Sequence record: SRR20825006_248
Length of the DNA stretch: 37,533 nucleotides
Strand: one strand, 5' to 3'
Part shown: positions 31,373 through 37,533 of the stretch, piece after piece
Layout: every line of letters begins with the position of its first letter
Numbering within the stretch: position 1 is the first letter of the stretch
Notes under the pieces: generated by a model
Databases searched by the model: none
Seen by the model: only the letters and a program-made list of their open reading frames with translations
What the model was told of the DNA's origin: nothing
Translations under genes and position numbers: made by a program

Positions 31373-32325
31373 GCGTCACGGTTCCCAAACAGGCCGTAGG
31401 GGCGGAAAATAAGGATCAGCACCATCAGGATATACGGAAGGATGTCGGCGATTTGCGGGCTGGTCACGGCCCAGATGTCGCGGAACATGCTGTCGCTCAG
31501 GTTTTCGGGCGTCGAAATGCCGATACCGTTCAGGATGTCTTCCATGCGGATGTTGTAGGATTTGGCGAAAGTTGTGATCCAGCCGATCAACAGCGATGCC
31601 ACCAACGCCCCCCACAATGATCCCAGACCGCCGATCACGATGGTCACGAACACGATAGAGCCAAGCACAAAGGCCATGCCGGGGAACGTCCCCAGAACCG
31701 GCCCTGCGATGACACCGGCGACACCGGCCAGCGCGGTGCCCACACCGAACACACCCATGAAGATCAGCGGTACGTTGTGGCCCAATGCCTCGACCGTACG
31801 CGGATAGCTAAGTGCGGCCTGGATGATCATGCCGACGCGCGTTTTGGTCAGCACGTACAACAGCCCGATAAAGATGGCGACCGAGATGAAGATCATGAAC
31901 ACCTTGTACGCGGGGATCGAATTGCCCGAGATGGCAAAGGCGGTAAAGTTCAGCGCTTCGGGGATCTGGTAAGGCATCTGGTTGCGGCCCCAGATGAATT
32001 GCACCAGTTCCTCGATCAGCAGCGCCAGACCGAATGTAAAGATCAGCTCCGGCACGTGGCCGTATTGGTGAACGCGGCGCAGGCCGTAACGTTCGACTCC
32101 GGCGCCAATGACACCGACGATAAGGGGTGCGATCAGCAGACCCATCCAGAATCCCAGCGCAATACTGATCTGGTAGGCGAAATAGGCACCCAACATGTAA
32201 AAGCTGGCATGGGCAAAGTTCAGCACGCCCATCATTGAGAAAATCAGTGTCAGACCGGCAGACAGCATAAACAACAGCAGTCCGGTCACCAGCCCGTCGA
32301 TCAGGTTGACGAGTACGAGGTCCAT
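31369..32325 (-). CDS. livH: Branched-chain amino acid-type ABC transporter permease
   Basis: GGAGG RBS; GLTLIFSMMGVLNFAH, TRVG, VIGGLGS, FRPYGLFG. Confidence 0.92.
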   Translation of the reverse strand: MDLVLVNLIDGLVTGLLLFMLSAGLTLIFSMMGVLNFAHASFYMLGAYFAYQISIALGFWMGLLIAPLIVGVIGAGVERYGLRRVHQYGHVPELIFTFGLALLIEELVQFIWGRNQMPYQIPEALNFTAFAISGNSIPAYKVFMIFISVAIFIGLLYVLTKTRVGMIIQAALSYPRTVEALGHNVPLIFMGVFGVGTALAGVAGVIAGPVLGTFPGMAFVLGSIVFVTIVIGGLGSLWGALVASLLIGWITTFAKSYNIRMEDILNGIGISTPENLSDSMFRDIWAVTSPQIADILPYILMVLILIFRPYGLFGNRDA

Positions 32326-32365
32326 CCGGGGTCCCTCCGAAGTAGGATGTGGCGATATTAGAGTG

Positions 32366-32403
32366 AAAAGGCCCGCCCCCGAAACTGTGGGGACGGGCCT
32401 AAA
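32366..32403 (-). terminator. Rho-independent terminator/attenuator after the binding-protein gene
   Basis: Minus strand AGGCCCGTCCCC-acagtttc-GGGGGCGGGCCT followed by TTTC (12-bp stem with one G-U pair). Confidence 0.7.
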
Positions 32404-32411
32404 GACGTGCC

Positions 32412-33662
32412 TTACGGACGCTTCATCTCACATGTGGTTGCGATATCCGCGGATGCGTTTTCAACCGTGTACTGGACTTTCAGGCCAAAGCCGGAATTGT
32501 CCATGTCATAGGGTGCTTCCACTTTCTGATGACCAAAGATGTGGATGTCCTGGATCAACTGGTGATCCTCGGGACGCATGTGCATGTCGGCCGTGCTCCA
32601 CAGGCTGTTGGTAAAGTGCATGTCTTCCAACGCGTTGGCCACTTTGACCACGTCGGTTGCCGTGCCTGCTTCGTCAATCGCCTGTGCCAGCATCTGGATC
32701 ACGTTGGTGATCCGCGTCTGGGACATGTTGCCATCAGGATACTTGGCCTTGAACGCCTGAATGTATTCTTGTGCTTCAGGCTTGGACGGCGGGTTGTCGT
32801 CGCCTTCTGCAACCAGATACAGCGAATCCACACCGCTTTCGCCGAAGGCAGCGGTGATACCGTCTGCGGCTGCGTAATAGGTAAAGATCGGACCTTCAAA
32901 GCCGTTTTCGAGGATCGACTTGCCCAGACCCAGCATGTCGGCGCCCCAGTTGCCGGTGATCACGGCATCGGCACCCGAGGCCACAATCTTGCGGGCATAA
33001 GGCGTAAAGTCCTTCACCTTGCCAATCGGGTGCAGCTCGTTGCCCACGATTTCGATGTCGGGGCGTTTTTCAGCCAGCATCGAAACAGCAGCATCTGCCA
33101 CAGCTTTGCCAAAGGAATAGTCCTGACCGATAACGTAGACTTTTTTGATGTCCTGGTTTTCGGCGATCATATCTGTCAGCGCGGCCATTTTCATGTCAGC
33201 GTGCGGGTCAAAACGGAAGTGCCAGAAGTTGCACTTTTCGTTGGTCAACGCAGGATCGACCGCCGAATAGTTCAGGAACAGAACCTGGCTGTCGGGGTTG
33301 CGGCGGTTGTGCTTGTCGATGGCTTCGGTCAATGCGTTCGCCACGCCCGAGCTGTTGCCCTGCACGATGTAACGCGCGCCTTGATCAATCGCGACCTGCA
33401 ACTGGATCAGGGATTCTTTCGGGCTGACCTTGTTGTCGAACGGCAGAATTTCGAACATGTCGCCGCCCAGAACGCCGCCCTTGGCGTTGACGAGTGTTTC
33501 GGCCGCGAATTCAAATTGGTGCAAGCCGTTGATGCCGGTTGCGGCAAAACCGCCACTCAGCGGATCAATGAAAGCAATTTTCACATTTTCGGCAAAAACA
33601 GCGGCTGTGCTGACGGAAAGCGCCAGCGCGGCGCTGAGGCCGAGCTTGATAGATTTACGCAT
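32412..33662 (-). CDS. LivK/LivJ-family ABC substrate-binding protein
   Basis: GGGAGG RBS before ATG 33662; signal peptide ending VFA-E; KIAFIDPLSG, NAKGGVLG, QDYSFG, DFTPYARKI. The longer computed ORF start is rejected. Confidence 0.92.
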   Translation of the reverse strand: MRKSIKLGLSAALALSVSTAAVFAENVKIAFIDPLSGGFAATGINGLHQFEFAAETLVNAKGGVLGGDMFEILPFDNKVSPKESLIQLQVAIDQGARYIVQGNSSGVANALTEAIDKHNRRNPDSQVLFLNYSAVDPALTNEKCNFWHFRFDPHADMKMAALTDMIAENQDIKKVYVIGQDYSFGKAVADAAVSMLAEKRPDIEIVGNELHPIGKVKDFTPYARKIVASGADAVITGNWGADMLGLGKSILENGFEGPIFTYYAAADGITAAFGESGVDSLYLVAEGDDNPPSKPEAQEYIQAFKAKYPDGNMSQTRITNVIQMLAQAIDEAGTATDVVKVANALEDMHFTNSLWSTADMHMRPEDHQLIQDIHIFGHQKVEAPYDMDNSGFGLKVQYTVENASADIATTCEMKRP

Positions 33663-34147
33663 AAGGTTCCTCCCTAGAACATACCCCGACTTACACTTGC
33701 GTGTATTTGCTATGCGTCGGTGTACCAAAAGCCTTGCATACTGGTGGGATAAGTCAAGCTTTCGACACCGCTGCGCGGACAAGTTCCGGACCGAATTCCG
33801 TAGCTTTGAAGAGGTCAAAATTTTGGCACCTTGCCCCGCAAGAGGCGAACCGATTTTGCGCGTCTCTTCAAGCACAGGTTGAACATTCATACCTATTTGT
33901 TATTAAATGATATTTCTAAATTATACTTGTCGAAAAGGGCGATCACGGGGTTTGAATTCTTGCCTCAAAATGCGGCAAACGCGGCAGATTTCACGCCGTC
34001 TGAAACAGGTTTATTTTACAGATTTCTTGCAGTGGAAATGGCGATCCCAACATTTTGACGCTGCGCCGCTTTGAGGTGGCTGTTTCCGCCCTGCAAAATC
34101 GAATTTCACAAAACTATGATTCTTTGACCCCACGACCATCTTCGGGT

Positions 34148-34945
34148 TCAGCCACCCGTGCTCAGCTTTGCCGCGGCATCCACCAGCATTCTGCCATAGG
34201 CACGTTCGAGGTGCTTTTTCTTCACATGAAACGACGGACCGCCCACGTTCAGACCATAGACACCGCGCCCGCTGAGCGCGAACACAGGGGCGGCGATACC
34301 GTTCACATCGGGGCGCCAGTCACCGTAGCTACAGCAATACCCAAGGTTTTCGTACTCAGAGCGCGCCTGCGCAAAGGCCGCCTTGCGGCCCACGTGACCT
34401 TCGGGGTCTCTGGCCTTGGTCCGCTCGAACATGACAGCGCGGTCTTCCTCGTCCATGCCCACCAGCATCGCGCGGCCAATGGCCGAATGAAAGATCGGCA
34501 ACCGTGCACCCACGTGCATGGTCAGCGACACGTTCTCCATCGACTTTTCAACCGCCACATAGACAGCGTCGGTCTGATAGGTTTCAGCCAACGCGACGGT
34601 GATATAGCTGTTGGGACCGTTTGACAGGGCGCGCATCGTGTCACGGGCGCGGTCGACAATTTCCATCGACGACAACACCGAAAACCCCAGCCGCAGTACC
34701 CCTGCCCCCAACTGGTAGGTTCCCGACCGCGGATCGGCGACAAGATATTCCAGCACGCACAGCGTATGGGTCAACCGCGACACGGTGGGCTTGGGCAGCC
34801 CTGTGCGCGCGGCAAAGTCCTGATTGGTCAGCGTGCTCTCGCCGGGTTTGAAACAGCGCAGAATGTCGAGCCCGCGGGCAAGCGCGGTGATAAAGTTGCG
34901 GTCCTTGTCATCCAGGGCCTCGCCCGCGAGATCGGGATCAATCAT
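34148..34945 (-). CDS. IclR-family transcriptional regulator
   Basis: ALARGLDIL..F, HTH TGLPKPTVSRLTHTL, VGARLP..HSAIGRA, NGIAAPV. Confidence 0.93.
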   Translation of the reverse strand: MIDPDLAGEALDDKDRNFITALARGLDILRCFKPGESTLTNQDFAARTGLPKPTVSRLTHTLCVLEYLVADPRSGTYQLGAGVLRLGFSVLSSMEIVDRARDTMRALSNGPNSYITVALAETYQTDAVYVAVEKSMENVSLTMHVGARLPIFHSAIGRAMLVGMDEEDRAVMFERTKARDPEGHVGRKAAFAQARSEYENLGYCCSYGDWRPDVNGIAAPVFALSGRGVYGLNVGGPSFHVKKKHLERAYGRMLVDAAAKLSTGG

Positions 34946-35976
34946 CCTTTCGACTCCAGCGCCTGAAGACCGTGTTCAGCGAACAGCGGTACATATTGCC
35001 CCATCTGCATCGCCCGTTCCGGGTTCGAGGCATTGCCGTCCAGCGCCCGTTTCAGCACGCCCTGGATAATCGCCGTCATGCGGAAAAAACAAAAAGCGAC
35101 ATAAAAGCCAAAGTTGTCGATGGGACCAATGCCACGGCGTTCGCAATAGCGTGCAACGAATTCGGCGTCCGTGGGCAGGCCGCGTGCGGTGCGGTCAATC
35201 CCGGCCAGCCCGCGCCCTTCGGGCGTTGCCGGCATTTGCCATTGCATGATGACAGCGGCAAGATCGGCATAGGGATGGCCGATGGTGCTCAGCTCCCAGT
35301 CCAGGATCGCCAGACATTTGGTGCCGTCCTTTTCAAACATCATATTGTCGATGCGATAGTCGCCGTGCACCAGCGTGCGCTGGCCGTCCTCAGCGGGGAT
35401 TTGCTGCGACAGCGCCTGCATCAGATTGTTCATCGCAGGCACGTCCACGGTTTCCGAGGCGCGGTACTGTTTCGACCAGCGGCCGATCTGGCGTTCGTAA
35501 TAGTTGCCGGGCGGTCCGAAATCCGACAAGCCCACCGCATCAATGTCCACATCATGCAGCGCAGCCAGCACGCGGTTCATGTCGTCAAGCACGGCAGTCC
35601 GGTCGGCTTTCTCAAGCTCGTCCAGCGAAGGCATGTTGAAATTGCGCCCGTCGATATGATCCATGATGTAGAAATCGGACCCGATCACATCGGAGTCTTC
35701 GCACAGCAGGTGCATTTTTGCCACGGGCACGTCGGTGCCTGCCAGCGCGGATTGCACGCGAAACTCGCGGTCGACCGCGTGGGCCGATTTCAGCAATTGC
35801 CCCGGCGGCTTGCGGCGCAGCACATAGTTGCGCGTGGGCGTTTTCAGCAAAAAGGTCGGGTTCGACTGCCCCCGCTGGAACTTGTCAGCCTCGATGGGAC
35901 CTTTGAACCCAGGCAGATGGGCCTCCAGATAGGATTCCACCGCTTTCAGGTCCAGCGTCTGTGTGTCTTGGCTCAT
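34942..35976 (-). CDS. Phosphotransferase (APH/choline kinase fold), ACAD10/11 kinase-domain-like
   Basis: GQSNPTF, VLRRKPPG.LL.SAHAVDREF, HGDYRIDN, LDWELSTIGHP.ADL, GNAS. Confidence 0.92.
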   Translation of the reverse strand: MSQDTQTLDLKAVESYLEAHLPGFKGPIEADKFQRGQSNPTFLLKTPTRNYVLRRKPPGQLLKSAHAVDREFRVQSALAGTDVPVAKMHLLCEDSDVIGSDFYIMDHIDGRNFNMPSLDELEKADRTAVLDDMNRVLAALHDVDIDAVGLSDFGPPGNYYERQIGRWSKQYRASETVDVPAMNNLMQALSQQIPAEDGQRTLVHGDYRIDNMMFEKDGTKCLAILDWELSTIGHPYADLAAVIMQWQMPATPEGRGLAGIDRTARGLPTDAEFVARYCERRGIGPIDNFGFYVAFCFFRMTAIIQGVLKRALDGNASNPERAMQMGQYVPLFAEHGLQALESKG

Positions 35977-35986
35977 CTGTTTGCCC

Positions 35987-36631
35987 TCAGCTATAGGTCA
36001 GCAAATCGTGGTCGGTGTCGAAATGCGGTGTGGCGTTGAATTGATGCACGAAATGGCGCGTGCCTGAAAAGACAAACTTGGTCACGGCGGTGTTTTTGAT
36101 CTGAAGGTTCAGCTCCATCATCATCCGCGCAGGCGCTTCCAGCGCACGGGACACCAGCTGCCCGATCACTCCCCCGGACGACACCACCAGCACCTGCCGC
36201 GCGCCATCGCGGGTGGCATGGGCCATTGCGGCCGCGGTACGTTCGGAGAATTCCGCATAGGTTTCGGCGCAGCCGGTCAACGTGCCCGCCTGCCATTCCA
36301 GAACCGTGTCACGCAGGGTGCGAAAGTGGGTCTTGCGATCACTGCTGACCATTTCGGGTACCACGCCCTTGTAGCGGGCCCTTAGAAGGTCGTGAAAGTC
36401 GTATTCATCGAAACCTGCGTGCACTTCCGCATCGCCGTCATAGCCCGTTGCAGACAGCGTATCGCGCTGGCGTTCCAGCGTGCCGGTGACCAGACGGTCG
36501 GGCGTCCAGCCGGTGCTGCGCAGCCAGTCGCCCACGGCGGCGGACTGCGCCCGACCCTTGTCGCTCAGGCAGTCATAATTGGCCGCCCCGAACGAGGCTT
36601 GTCCGTGGCGGATCAGGTACAGTTCGGCCAT
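35987..36631 (-). CDS. Histidine phosphatase superfamily protein
   Basis: LYLIRHGQAS, GTLERQRDT, FDEYD, LVVSSGG, FNATPH. Confidence 0.9.
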   Translation of the reverse strand: MAELYLIRHGQASFGAANYDCLSDKGRAQSAAVGDWLRSTGWTPDRLVTGTLERQRDTLSATGYDGDAEVHAGFDEYDFHDLLRARYKGVVPEMVSSDRKTHFRTLRDTVLEWQAGTLTGCAETYAEFSERTAAAMAHATRDGARQVLVVSSGGVIGQLVSRALEAPARMMMELNLQIKNTAVTKFVFSGTRHFVHQFNATPHFDTDHDLLTYS

Positions 36632-36641
36632 CGCTTGCGCC

Positions 36642-37533
36642 CTAACCCGTGAACTCGGCGGCCAGGCGTTTGCCCGCAGCCTGATATTCCGCAGCGATCC
36701 GGTCAACGACACCGGCTGCAGGCCCCACGGATGTAACCGCACCAATGCCTTGCCCCGCACCCCAGATGGATTTCCATGCCTTGGGCTTGGACGAACCACC
36801 GCTAAAGTTCATCGACGACGCATCCGCCGAAGGCAGATTGTCAGGGTCCATCCCCGCCGCCGCAATCGAGCCGCGCAGATAGTTGCCGGACACGCCGGTG
36901 AAGAGTGAGGAATAAACGATGTCCTCAGCCCCGCTGTCGGCGATCATCTGTTTGTATTCGGCTTGGGCATTCGCCTCGTCCGTGGCGATGAATGCCGAAC
37001 CGACATAGCCCAGATCGGCCCCCATGGCGCGCGCGGCCAAAAGCGCCTCGCCCGTGGCGATCGACCCGGACAGCAACAGCGGCCCGTCGAACCAGCCGCG
37101 AATTTCGCGGATCAGGGCCAGGGGCGATTGCATCCCCGCATGACCACCGGCACCGGCGGCCACGGCCACCAGACCGTCCGCGCCCTTGCTGATCGCCTTT
37201 TTGGCGAAGGTGTTGTTGATCACGTCATGCAGCACGATGCCGCCGCAGGAATGGGCCGCCTCGTTGACCTCTTCGCGCGCGCCCAGCGAGGTGATCCAGA
37301 TCGGCACCTTGTGTTTCACGCAAATCTCAAGATCACGGTCCAAACGGGCGTTCGAGCGGTGGACGATCTGATTGACCGCAAAGGGGGCCGCAGGAGTGTC
37401 AGGGTTCGCCTGGTTGTGGCGGTCCAGCTCTTCGCTGATCTGCGTCAGCCACGTGTCCAGCAACGGATGCTCGCCCTCGGCCTCGCGGGCGTTCAGCGCC
37501 GGAAAGCTGCCGACGACGCCGGCCTTGCACTGG
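36642..37533 (-). CDS. Nitronate monooxygenase / 2-nitropropane dioxygenase family FMN oxidoreductase (5' truncated)
   Basis: Frame is open to the window end (QCKAGVVGSFPALNAR...). AVNQIVHRSN, GAGGHAG, LSGSIATG, FTGVSGNYL, IWGAGQG. Confidence 0.92.
   Translation of the reverse strand, partial: QCKAGVVGSFPALNAREAEGEHPLLDTWLTQISEELDRHNQANPDTPAAPFAVNQIVHRSNARLDRDLEICVKHKVPIWITSLGAREEVNEAAHSCGGIVLHDVINNTFAKKAISKGADGLVAVAAGAGGHAGMQSPLALIREIRGWFDGPLLLSGSIATGEALLAARAMGADLGYVGSAFIATDEANAQAEYKQMIADSGAEDIVYSSLFTGVSGNYLRGSIAAAGMDPDNLPSADASSMNFSGGSSKPKAWKSIWGAGQGIGAVTSVGPAAGVVDRIAAEYQAAGKRLAAEFTG

Noticed and set aside
33663-33890. N-terminal extensions in the ORF track (also 1543, 6952, 7364, 9343, 10164, 17691, 19429, 22340, 22849, 28470, 36799)
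   Set aside because: Downstream starts have better RBSs, signal peptides or stop/start overlaps. The extensions overlap neighbouring genes or regulatory DNA.
34942-35976. Aminoglycoside phosphotransferase resistance gene
   Set aside because: Motifs (GQSNPT, RKPPG..L.SAH, DWELST.GHP) and gene context fit the ACAD10/11-associated metabolic kinase subfamily.
1-37533. CRISPR array, tRNA/rRNA, IS element, prophage or integrase
   Set aside because: No regularly spaced direct repeats, cloverleaf or rRNA-like sequence, and no transposase, integrase or phage motifs seen in the ORFs or intergenic regions.

Overview
GC-rich bacterial DNA. Gene content and repeat style suggest Rhodobacteraceae/Roseobacter-group Alphaproteobacteria (inference). 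Four blocks: (1) 1-5819 (+): a PotABCD-type ABC transporter, a crotonase and a CaiC-like CoA ligase. (2) 5820-5938: an AT-rich junction containing a 28-bp XerC/XerD dif-like site, with KOPS-type octamers converging on it from both sides, so the window probably spans a replication terminus. (3) 5939-15750 (-): the most unusual part, an 8-gene tightly coupled phosphothreonine-signalling operon with no type VI secretion genes. It encodes a membrane Ser/Thr kinase with an extra pseudokinase lobe, an FHA protein, a membrane PP2C phosphatase, an exported vWA-TM-FHA protein, an FHA/Zn-ribbon protein, an FHA-fused flavin-dependent oxidoreductase, a small membrane protein and a TauE/SafE permease. A lone pgm lies upstream. 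(4) 17802-37533: a CoA-dependent acid-degradation cluster (two ligases, two crotonases, ACAD10/11-type dehydrogenase, SDRs, TesB, serine hydrolase, Liv-type ABC transporter, IclR, APH-type kinase, histidine phosphatase, nitronate monooxygenase-like protein) resembling a split ACAD10/11 or Lva-type 4-hydroxy/4-oxo-acid pathway. No rRNA, tRNA, CRISPR array, transposase or integrase was recognised. All calls come from motif reading by eye, not database searches.
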